Of a DNA stretch of 64,000 bases, positions 56,025 to 64,000 are shown in pieces. The stretch comes from an uncultured delta proteobacterium. Lineage in GTDB: Bacteria > Myxococcota_A > Polyangia > Polyangiales > Polyangiaceae. The notes under the pieces are model-generated. The model ran no database searches. It saw only the letters and a program-made list of their open reading frames with translations, and had not been told where the DNA came from. The stretch is from positions 96,001 to 160,000 of the forward strand of contig CAVQUB010000012.1 of the NCBI GenBank assembly GCA_963716725.1, in the 5' to 3' direction. Position 1 is the first letter of the stretch. Every line of letters starts with the position of its first letter. Position numbers and translations under genes: made by a program.

Positions 56025-57343
56025 CCGCGCTTACGCGACGAGCGCTGGCGGGTGCCCTCGCCGCGCTCGCAGCGTCGACCTTGGCTCCGCGCGACAGCGC
56101 CGCGCTGGGACGCAAACCCTACGGCGGCGCGCTGGCACTCAAGTTGCCATGGCCGCTCGACGGCATCGACCCGCACGCCGTGGACGACGTGGTCGCGGCG
56201 CTGTTCGGGGCGGCCATCGCTGACCCGCTCTTTGCGTTGGATGCCCTCGGCCGTCCCTATCCCGCGCTGGCGGCGCAGTTGCCCGAGCCCGTCCCGGGCG
56301 GGACGCGCGTGGTCTTGCGCCCAAACTTGGTCTCGGGCCGCGGCGTGCCGATGGATGCCCGGGACGTGCTCGCGTCGCTGGCGCGAGCCGCGCGGTCGGG
56401 GGGCGCTGCGCTGATGGCGCCGTTGGGCAAGGTCACGTCGGATCCGACGGATCCCCTCGCGTTCGTCTTCAGCCACGCTGATCCGGTGTTTGTCGCGGAG
56501 AAGCTGGCGAGCGGGCTGACGGCGGTGCTGCCCCGGGCCTTCTCTCGAACCAGGCCCGACGGCACGGGCGCGTTTGTCGCCGACATCGGCCGCGATCGGA
56601 TCGTCTTCCGGCGCAACCCGAACGCAGCGCGGGGAGCCGCGTTGCTCGACCGCGTCGAGGTGCGAGCGGCTTCGGATCTCAAGGACGCACTTCGTTCCTT
56701 CGAGGCGGGTGAGATCGATCTGAGCTGGCTGGGTGAGTTCCTGCACAAGCCTCGGCCGGGGGCCGTGAAGTTCGACGCGGGAGTCCTGGGCTGGGTGGTG
56801 CTGCGCTCGGGCAAAGACGCGGGCGTGTGGGGTGCCCCGGGCGTCGCGCAGAAACTGATCGACTCGCTGCCGGCGGGTCGCCTGTCGCATCTGGGTCTGT
56901 CGAACTCGGCGGGCACGGGCCAGGGCGATCCCGCGTGGGGCGGGGACGCAGCGGAGATCGTCGTGGTGGACGGAGCCGTGCATCTCGAGCACATCGCGCG
57001 GGAGATCGCCGCCATCTTCTCGCGGCCGGGGCACGAGCTCAGAGTCGCGTCACGGCCCCGGGCCGAGGTCGACTACCGGCGCCAGCGAGGACGCTACGGA
57101 CTGATGCTCGATTTTGCACGACCCGTTGGGACAGGGCCGAGCGCCGCGCAGCTCGGCATCTTGACAGCGGAGAACCCGAAGCTCGCCATGAAACCGGTGG
57201 TCACCGCCTCGGGAAATCCCCGGGACGTGTCGGCGACCCTGTCGCTCGGCGTGGTGGGTTTGTTGCGTGTTTCCGGCGCTCATGTCGGGTCGCTGCGCGA
57301 CCTGGGCGCGCTCGACTGGGGCGCGACGTGGCGGAAGCCTTGA
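56021..57343 (+). CDS. Family 5 ABC substrate-binding-like protein with a Tat-type signal
   Basis: TRRALAG, YGGAL, IDP, P.P.LA, DVLASL, GTGAF. Confidence 0.78.
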   Translation: MTALTRRALAGALAALAASTLAPRDSAALGRKPYGGALALKLPWPLDGIDPHAVDDVVAALFGAAIADPLFALDALGRPYPALAAQLPEPVPGGTRVVLRPNLVSGRGVPMDARDVLASLARAARSGGAALMAPLGKVTSDPTDPLAFVFSHADPVFVAEKLASGLTAVLPRAFSRTRPDGTGAFVADIGRDRIVFRRNPNAARGAALLDRVEVRAASDLKDALRSFEAGEIDLSWLGEFLHKPRPGAVKFDAGVLGWVVLRSGKDAGVWGAPGVAQKLIDSLPAGRLSHLGLSNSAGTGQGDPAWGGDAAEIVVVDGAVHLEHIAREIAAIFSRPGHELRVASRPRAEVDYRRQRGRYGLMLDFARPVGTGPSAAQLGILTAENPKLAMKPVVTASGNPRDVSATLSLGVVGLLRVSGAHVGSLRDLGALDWGATWRKP

Positions 57344-57388
57344 GCGGGCTCGACTTCATGCGGTAGATCCGCGCGCAGGAGACACAGC

Positions 57389-58156
57389 GTGGAAGCAAAA
57401 GACAAGGTTGCACTCGTCACGGGTGGGGCGTCCGGGCTTGGAGCAGCGGCAGTGCGTGCGTTGGTAGCCGCCGGGGCAAAGGTCGTCATCGCGGACCGAA
57501 ACCAAGACGCCGGCGAGGCCCTGGCGAAGGAGCTCGGCGCTGCGACTCGCTTCGCGTCCTGCGACGTCACCAGCGAAGAGCAAATGCTGGCGGCGATCGC
57601 CTTGGCCAAGAAGGATCTCGGTGGGCTCCATGTCGCCTTGGGTTGCGCGGGCATCGGCACCAGCGGCCGCTTGGTGAGCAAGGGTGGCCCACTGCCGCTC
57701 GAGCTGTTTGCGCTCACGGTGAACGTCAACCTGGTCGGCATGTTCAACATGATGAGGCTCGCGGCCCACGCGATGCAGGACAACACCCCGAACGCCGAGG
57801 GAGAACGGGGCGTCATCGTGACCACCGCGAGCATCGCGGCTTTCGACGGCCAGATCGGGCAGGTCGCGTACAGCGCGTCCAAGGCCGGAGTCTCGGGCAT
57901 GACTTTGCCCGTGGCGCGCGAGCTGTCGCGGACCGGCATCCGGGTGGTGTGCATCGCGCCGGGCCTCTTCGACACGCCGATGATGGCGGGGCTGCCCGAC
58001 GAGGCGCGGAAGAGCCTCGAGGCCACTGTGCCCTTCCCCCCGCGGCTGGGCCGCCCCGCGGAGTACGCGCGCTTGGTGCTGTCCATCGTGGACAACCCCA
58101 TGCTCAACGGCGAGACCATCCGGCTCGACGGTGCGCTGCGCATGGCGCCCAAGTAA
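57389..58156 (+). CDS. SDR 3-hydroxyacyl-CoA dehydrogenase (HSD17B10-like)
   Basis: [45 protein letters not shown]. Confidence 0.93.
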   Translation: MEAKDKVALVTGGASGLGAAAVRALVAAGAKVVIADRNQDAGEALAKELGAATRFASCDVTSEEQMLAAIALAKKDLGGLHVALGCAGIGTSGRLVSKGGPLPLELFALTVNVNLVGMFNMMRLAAHAMQDNTPNAEGERGVIVTTASIAAFDGQIGQVAYSASKAGVSGMTLPVARELSRTGIRVVCIAPGLFDTPMMAGLPDEARKSLEATVPFPPRLGRPAEYARLVLSIVDNPMLNGETIRLDGALRMAPK

Positions 58157-58162
58157 CAGGCG

Positions 58163-58435
58163 CTACCTGGCCAGGCGTCGCGCTCGGAAGGCATCCAGGC
58201 GCGCGCGGAGCGCTGCCTGGATCCCGCGCCGGGTCTCGCGCCCCGAGCGCGGCGCAAAGAGCAGGCCGAGCCCGGCGCCAACGGCGACTCCGAGCACGAA
58301 CGCTCCGGGTCCGGGGACCAACACCGCGGCGCCGATTGAGCTGCCCCGCAGCGCCCGCAGCGCATCCTCGGGCTTCACCTCGGCGAGCTTGGCGACGGCG
58401 ATCTTGCCCAGCTCGGCGGCGACTTGGCTGACCAT
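58163..58435 (-). CDS. YtxH-domain protein
   Basis: FVLGVAVGAGLGLLFAPRSGRETR. Confidence 0.85.
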   Translation of the reverse strand: MVSQVAAELGKIAVAKLAEVKPEDALRALRGSSIGAAVLVPGPGAFVLGVAVGAGLGLLFAPRSGRETRRGIQAALRARLDAFRARRLAR

Positions 58436-58513
58436 CGGCTCATCCTAGTGCCGCGCGGCAGAAGTTTCGCTGGTTTCTTTTCCGTGTGCGTGTCGTCGGT
58501 GTAACGGGGTGAC

Positions 58514-59000
58514 ATGATCGACTACAGCGCGTTCGCGGGCCGAGCGCACGGTGGTCGTCCGACGGTTCCGCTCGCGCTGAGGGCTGAAGAGCGCGCGCGG
58601 ATCGAGGAGGCGTTGCGACCCGCCAGGGCGGAGCAGCGGCTGGTTCGTCGGGCGCAGGCCGTGTTGATGATGGCGGACGGAGTGCCTGCGACGGACATCG
58701 CCCGGCTCCTCGGGGTGCACGTGCGCACGGTGGACGACTGGCGCAAGCGCTTCGACTGCGCGGCACCTAGCGAGAGACTGGCGGACGCCCCGCGCTCGGG
58801 ACGGCCGCCCTCTCTCTCTCGGACACCGTAGCGGCTCGAGTAGAAGCACCGACGACCTCGCGGCGAGGATCGACGCGTACGTCGCGTGGTATCTGCAGAC
58901 CAACCGACCCTTTCGCTGGTCGTACCGCCCCAAGTCGTGGGCCGAATCCAGAAAAATCCCCTCACTTTCTGCGAAGAAAGCCGCAACTGTTTCGGAGTGA
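58514..59000 (+). pseudogene. IS630 transposase remnant (HTH plus extreme C-terminus; DDE domain deleted)
   Basis: RAQAVL..ADG....IARLLG...TV..WRKRF...DAPRSGRP; frameshift at (TC)5, 58811..58820; tail STDDLAARIDAY...PFRW. Confidence 0.88.
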
Positions 59001-59017
59001 GGCCCGACCACACGGGG

Positions 59018-59513
59018 ATGGCACAGGAAGGGCGAAAGCTCGGAAGATTTGGGGATGGGACGGACGAGGTGATCGGTGCGCTGATCGAGGTGCATCGGCA
59101 TCTCGGTCCAGGGCTGATGGAATCCGCATATGAGGCCTGTCTATCTGCCGAGCTGTCCGAACGACGGCTCAAGTTCGAGCGGCAGCGACCGCTACCAATC
59201 CGCTACAAAGGCGTACACCTTGACTGCGCCTATCGCCTCGACCTGGTCGCTTCCAGATCGTATCCTCCTGGAACTCGAGGCGGTCGAGCGGCTGCTCCCG
59301 ATTTACGAAGCGCAGGTCATCACCTATCTGCGCCTTTCGCGGTTGCCCGTCGGCCTGCTCGTCAACTTCAACGTGACCGCGCTCAGAAATGGCCTGCGGA
59401 GGCTAACGCCTGACCACCCCAAATCCTTCCGCTCTTCCGCCCTTCCTGTGAGAGCCCAAATGAGCGCAGGTCTCAGGGGCGAATCCACTCGAACTTCGGC
59501 CGCGCGGCACTAG
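59018..59513 (+). pseudogene. GxxExxY protein, frameshifted
   Basis: GPGLMESAYEACL...YRLDLV, 1-bp shift near 59248, then DRILLELEAV...EAQVITYL...GLLVNF. Confidence 0.85.
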
Positions 59514-59523
59514 CACTCGAACG

Positions 59524-59555
59524 CCACGCGGCGCCCAACCAGGAGCGCCGCGTGG
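59524..59555 (-). terminator. GC-rich hairpin downstream of 59577..60263
   Basis: 11-bp perfect stem ccacgcggcgc/gcgccgcgtgg; no clear U tract. Confidence 0.4.
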
Positions 59556-59576
59556 GATCAATGGCGAAAGTTAGAG

Positions 59577-60263
59577 CTACTGCGCGGGGCAGAGCGTGAA
59601 GTGATTGGTCTTCGGCGCGACCGAGGCCTTGCCGATGTGGACCTTCTTCGCCGTCGCTCCCGAGTCGAGCTGTAGATCGAAGCGAACGCAGGCGTCGGCT
59701 GGCGCACGGAAGTCGAAACCCTCGATGTGCCCCAGGGTGTGGAACCGGAAGATCACTTCCCCTCCGGTACCGCGCTTGATGCGATCAGCAAACTCGGTGC
59801 GCGAGGGCCGCACCGTGCCGATGGGCTTCTGCACGCCCTTCACGCGACCGCGAAACTCGCGCAGCGCTTTCCCGGTGGTGGTGCGCAGCTTCCAGATGCC
59901 GGCGGCGTTGCGCCAGATCCAGAAGGCCGCCGGCGCTGCCGGCTCGATGCCATTGGGACGTCCCTCGGCGACGCCCGCAGCCGTCTCTTCGGGCATTCCC
60001 GGTGTGGCAAAGGGATCTTCGAGCGGCTGCTGCGCGGGCAGCGGCACCGCGATCGCCGGAGCGTCCTCGGCGTCGTCGGGGATGTCGGCGTTGGGATCGG
60101 CCGGAGGCGGGGTTGCCGGAGCCCCAGTGGGCACGGCCGTCGGCGCAGGCGCGGGGGCAGGCGCAGGCGCGGGCGCGGGCCCCGGGTTGTTGTGAATCGT
60201 GCAGCCGACGCCCGTCGAGACCGCGAACATGAAAATACCAAGCAGTGCAGTGCGCAAATGCAT
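59577..60263 (-). CDS. Pro/Ala-rich lipoprotein
   Basis: GGAGGA RBS, GVGC lipobox, PA repeats, C-terminal beta domain (FWIW...WKLRTT). Confidence 0.82.
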   Translation of the reverse strand: MHLRTALLGIFMFAVSTGVGCTIHNNPGPAPAPAPAPAPAPTAVPTGAPATPPPADPNADIPDDAEDAPAIAVPLPAQQPLEDPFATPGMPEETAAGVAEGRPNGIEPAAPAAFWIWRNAAGIWKLRTTTGKALREFRGRVKGVQKPIGTVRPSRTEFADRIKRGTGGEVIFRFHTLGHIEGFDFRAPADACVRFDLQLDSGATAKKVHIGKASVAPKTNHFTLCPAQ

Positions 60264-60365
60264 CACATTCCTCCCAGAATGAACCCGAGGACTATGCCTC
60301 GGGCGTTGGACGGAGGGGAAGTGCGGACGGTGCAAACCGTCATTCGCTTGAAAACGCAGCAGGAT

Positions 60366-62366
60366 TCAGAGGGCGACGGTCCAGGTCGTCCACTCCTGGT
60401 CGAACTGGGGCGGCAGCACCAGGTCCCAGGCGGCCTCGCTGATGCAGCGCTCGAGCAGCGGGTCTTTCAGCCCGCCCAGGTCGACCCGCGCGACTTCCAC
60501 GATTTCGGCGTAGGTCGACTCGAGCGACACGCTCGCCGTCCCGGCCTTGCCGCCGCAGGCGACGAAGCTGGGGCGCAGCGCGTCCGTGAGCCACTTGTCC
60601 CGGTCGAGCGGCACCACGCGGCCGGAGACACCGACCGTACCGTAGCGAATCAGCGGGTTGATGCTGCCGCGGCCCGAGCCAGTCCCAGACCCGCTCCAGT
60701 CGAGTCCTTCGGTCGAGGGGCGCACTCCCGGCTCGATGGCGAGGTAGCTGGTCACCGGGCTCACCGCGCCGCCGTGCAGAGCGAGCTTCATCATCTCGGG
60801 TTCGGATAGGTCGTTGAGCAAGTCGCTCCCGAAGACGAGCGCCGCCCAACGCTTCCCGGCCGCGGCGTCGGCGTGGATCACGCGCTGAACCCGCTTCGAC
60901 CAGAGCTCACCTTCGGCGCGAACCCAAGCCACGTCGCGCGGGCTGAACAGCAGCCCTTCGAAGCCCTCGCCCTCATCGAGCACGTCGGGGCGCTCGGTGA
61001 CCGCGCCAAGATCCAGATCCGGGGAGTAGAGCCGAAAGTTGTCGACGCGTAGCGGTCGCGCCCACTCCTCGAAGATGGTGTTCATCTGCTTGCGATGCGC
61101 GTGCGCCTCGCTCGCACCCGCGTGCCAGAGCAAGCCGCCGGTGGAGCGCAACGCCGGCGCCCAGACGTGCTGATCGTCACGCACCAGCTTCGGGATATCG
61201 CCGTCGAGCAGGCCCAGGTGCGCGACGGCTCCGCTCGGGCCCAATGCGGCGCGGATGCGCTCGGGTTTGAGCGCGGAGCGCACCAAGGCGTCCGTGGTCA
61301 GCACCAGTCGGCGCGGCCGGCCAGCCGGGGTCGCCGCCAAGATCTTCTCCGCCTCGGCGAGCGCCTGATCGACGGCGCTGCCATTTCGGCGCTCGATCTG
61401 AACCGCTGCCAGATCCCGCCGCGCTCGCTCCACCGGCACCAGCGATCCGTATCGCCGGTGAGTCTTGCGGTCGAAGGTCAGGACTTCCACCGAAGCGTCC
61501 TGAAAGTGGCTCAAGTAGGCCGCCGCCGCCGCTTTCTGAGCGTCCACCTGCTGGTCGGTCAGTGAGCGGGAGGCGTCGATCACCACCACCACCTGGGCTC
61601 TCCGGGGCACGGCGGACACGCGCGGCGAGGCCTCGAGGGAGAAGTGCGTCAGGTAGCGGGTCCCTGTCTGCGCGACCGCGAGCGCACCGCCGAGGGGCTC
61701 CGTCGTCTTCGGGATCAAGCCGAGCTCCGTGTCATTGGCGGGAGCGCCGAGGGCGACGGAAGCCGCCGGTTTGCCATTCACCAAGAGCCTATCGCCGCGA
61801 GCAGGGGCGACCAGCGTCACCGATGCCGGCAGGTCGCGAGTGCCCTGCCGTTCGAGGGTGAAGCGGTGTGCCCCCTTCTCGTAGTGGGTGGGCACGAGCA
61901 TGGTGTACTCGATGGTCTTGGAGTCGTTGGGCGCGACTGGAAAGACCTGGAGCAGAAGCTGCCCTTGATGGCGCCACGAGAGGAGCGCTGGGTCCTTGGG
62001 GTAGTAGCCACCGATGCCGGTGAGTTCTTTGTACTTCGCGGCGGCGGCCTCCGCCTCCATCAGCTCTCCCGCGAACCACTGCGGGCGCCCGCCGAGCGTG
62101 CCGAGGGTCTTCAAACCGACGGCGGTCGCTGCGGCAGGCGTCGATAGCCAGAACATCGCCTGGTCGTGGCGAGAGCCCAGGTTCTCGACGCGCCGCCGAG
62201 AGCGAAGCTCGGCCCAACCGCGGTGCAAGGTCACCTGGACTTCGTGCGCGCGTTCGTAGAGTCGCTCGCTGCGCGTGCCCTGCACCTCGTCGACCGCTCC
62301 CGCCGGTACGGCCATGAACACGAACGACAGCGCGACGGAAAGGGGGCAGCGGCGCACGTCGGGCAT
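60366..62366 (-). CDS. Secreted VIT plus vWA domain protein
   Basis: VIT-like N domain (DPALLSW, LQVFPV); MIDAS VVIDASRS; VSPVTSYLA. Confidence 0.85.
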   Translation of the reverse strand: MPDVRRCPLSVALSFVFMAVPAGAVDEVQGTRSERLYERAHEVQVTLHRGWAELRSRRRVENLGSRHDQAMFWLSTPAAATAVGLKTLGTLGGRPQWFAGELMEAEAAAAKYKELTGIGGYYPKDPALLSWRHQGQLLLQVFPVAPNDSKTIEYTMLVPTHYEKGAHRFTLERQGTRDLPASVTLVAPARGDRLLVNGKPAASVALGAPANDTELGLIPKTTEPLGGALAVAQTGTRYLTHFSLEASPRVSAVPRRAQVVVVIDASRSLTDQQVDAQKAAAAAYLSHFQDASVEVLTFDRKTHRRYGSLVPVERARRDLAAVQIERRNGSAVDQALAEAEKILAATPAGRPRRLVLTTDALVRSALKPERIRAALGPSGAVAHLGLLDGDIPKLVRDDQHVWAPALRSTGGLLWHAGASEAHAHRKQMNTIFEEWARPLRVDNFRLYSPDLDLGAVTERPDVLDEGEGFEGLLFSPRDVAWVRAEGELWSKRVQRVIHADAAAGKRWAALVFGSDLLNDLSEPEMMKLALHGGAVSPVTSYLAIEPGVRPSTEGLDWSGSGTGSGRGSINPLIRYGTVGVSGRVVPLDRDKWLTDALRPSFVACGGKAGTASVSLESTYAEIVEVARVDLGGLKDPLLERCISEAAWDLVLPPQFDQEWTTWTVAL

Positions 62367-62474
62367 GGACAGCGCCTCCCGCGCGGAGTTCCCCCGGCGC
62401 CTCGACCCGCGAAGATTGCGCCGGATTTCCCCGGGCCCCGTAGGTCCGCCGCCGTGATACGCTCCCGTACCGCC

Positions 62475-64000
62475 GTGATCCGCTCGCGCCTCCGCCGCTA
62501 CATCGTCGCGCCGTTGTTCCTGGTTCTTTTGGGGCCAGCGTCGGCCTCCGCCCAGGATCGCGACTCCCCCGCGAGCCCGCCCGCGGCCGCCAGCGACAAG
62601 GGTCGGATCAAGCCCAAGGCCGAGCGGCAGATCGGCGTTCGCGAGCGTCCGACGGTCAAGAAGAAGCAGGCCAAGAAGCAGACGGAGAAGCGCCAAGTCC
62701 GGCTGTCCCTCCAGATCCCGGAGCGGCTCCGCGCGTTGCTGACGAAGAAGATCGATCAGCGCATCGCGAAGAACCGGGCCAAGACCAAGAAGCTGCGATT
62801 CGAAGCCATGCGGCTGCTGGGCAAGTTCATCAACGAGTCGCCCGAAGACGAGCCTGAGATGGCGGAGGCGCTCATGCGCATGGGCGAGCTCGAGTGGGAG
62901 GACTCGCGCGAGCAGTTCCTCGTGAAGTTCGAGGAGTGGGAGAAGCGACCCAGCGATCAGCGAGGGGATCCACCGAATCCGGATTTCTCGCGACCGCGCG
63001 CCCGGTTCTTACGCGTGCTCAAGGACTTCAAGACCTTCGACCAGTACGACCTGGCTCTGTACGTCGATGGGTTCATGGCCAACGAAGAGGCCAAGTTCGA
63101 GGAGGCGCTCGGCCGCTTCAACAAGATCCTCGAGTGGTTCCCCAAGAGCCGATTCGCGCCGGACGCCCACATGGTCCGCGCCGAGTTCGAGTTCACCAAG
63201 GACTTCCCGGATTTCCAGAACGCATTCCGGGAGTACGAAGAGGTCCTCAAGCACAAGGACTCGGAACTCTACGACATCGCGCTCTTCAAGAGCGCCTGGT
63301 GCCTCTGGCGCCTGGACCGACCCGACGAAGCCGCCAAGCGCTTCCTCGCCGTGTTCAAGGCGACCTCGGAGGGCAACACCGGAAAGACCCAGTCCGGAAA
63401 GGACGAGCTTCAGACCGAGGCCCTCAAGAACTTGGTCGCCGTCTTCGTCGAAGACGAGAAGAACCGCGCCGAGGACATGCACCGGTTCCTGGTCAAAGCC
63501 GGCGGCGACAAGTTCGCCGGACGCATCGTGCGCGCGCTGGCCGAGGCGCTCTACGAGCAGTCGCACTACGAGCGGGGTATCGAGGCCTACCGCCTCCTGC
63601 TCAAGCTCGAGCCGATGGCCCCAGACGCTTACAAGTACGGGCTTGCGATCGCACAAGGCCACTCCACCATGGAGAGCTGGGGCAAGCTCCAAGAAGACTA
63701 CCGGTGGCTGCTCAAGGAGTACGTGCAGCCCGCGCCGGGCAGCAAGCAGAAGTCGGGGGCTTGGGTCAAGGCCCACAACCCCGCGACGGTGGCGGCGGCG
63801 GCGGCGGCCATCGAGAAGCAGCTCCGCGACGACGCGGTCGGGCTGCACGGCAAGGCGCAGCACGACAAGACCAGCAAGGGCGAGTTCAGCGGAGCCGTCG
63901 GCCTGTACGAGGTGTACCTGACCCGCTACGCCAAGGGGAAAGAGGCGTACGAGGTTCACTACAACCTCGCCGAAATCTCCTTCTATCACTTGGAGGACGC
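62475..64000 (+). CDS. Large TPR protein, GltD/AgmU-like (runs off the window end)
   Basis: Frame from GTG 62475 appears open to the window end; signal peptide, EALMRMGELEWE, DLALYVDGF, many TPRs. Confidence 0.82.
   Translation, partial: MIRSRLRRYIVAPLFLVLLGPASASAQDRDSPASPPAAASDKGRIKPKAERQIGVRERPTVKKKQAKKQTEKRQVRLSLQIPERLRALLTKKIDQRIAKNRAKTKKLRFEAMRLLGKFINESPEDEPEMAEALMRMGELEWEDSREQFLVKFEEWEKRPSDQRGDPPNPDFSRPRARFLRVLKDFKTFDQYDLALYVDGFMANEEAKFEEALGRFNKILEWFPKSRFAPDAHMVRAEFEFTKDFPDFQNAFREYEEVLKHKDSELYDIALFKSAWCLWRLDRPDEAAKRFLAVFKATSEGNTGKTQSGKDELQTEALKNLVAVFVEDEKNRAEDMHRFLVKAGGDKFAGRIVRALAEALYEQSHYERGIEAYRLLLKLEPMAPDAYKYGLAIAQGHSTMESWGKLQEDYRWLLKEYVQPAPGSKQKSGAWVKAHNPATVAAAAAAIEKQLRDDAVGLHGKAQHDKTSKGEFSGAVGLYEVYLTRYAKGKEAYEVHYNLAEISFYHLED

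Larger units (their letters stand above)
58445..59513 (+). mobile_element. Defective IS630-family element, copy B (1069 bp), with a GxxExxY passenger
   Basis: CTAG at both ends; terminal inverted repeats CTAGTGCCGCGCGGC(A/C)GAAGTT (21/22); transposase remnants inside. Confidence 0.9.

Overview
A GC-rich chromosomal window that looks myxobacterial (Polyangiaceae-like), judged from MYXO-CTERM tails, Gly-rich lipoproteins and Glt-like TPR/OMP genes. Housekeeping genes include a ClpA/C-like ATPase, folK, a partial ATP synthase operon (b', b, delta, alpha, gamma; no atpD/atpC), glmS, an msrC-like GAF protein and an SDR. Most other genes encode secreted or lipoproteins. Main points of interest: (1) positions 1-7.3 kb form an accretion hotspot with three orphan copies (about 22, 81 and 208 bp) of the 3' end of an adenylate cyclase gene, separating cargo blocks (MqsRA toxin-antitoxin, RCC1 lipoprotein, Uma2 nuclease); (2) two copies of a non-autonomous IS630-derived element with CTAG ends carry a GxxExxY passenger gene that has its own internal inverted repeats; (3) one palindromic -10 box appears to serve two divergent leaderless genes; (4) a PHM-like copper monooxygenase has His in place of the CuM Met ligand; (5) a small protein has repeated PCL(S/G) motifs, like a RiPP precursor. 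I saw no rRNA, tRNA or CRISPR array. All calls come from reading the sequence by eye; no searches were run.
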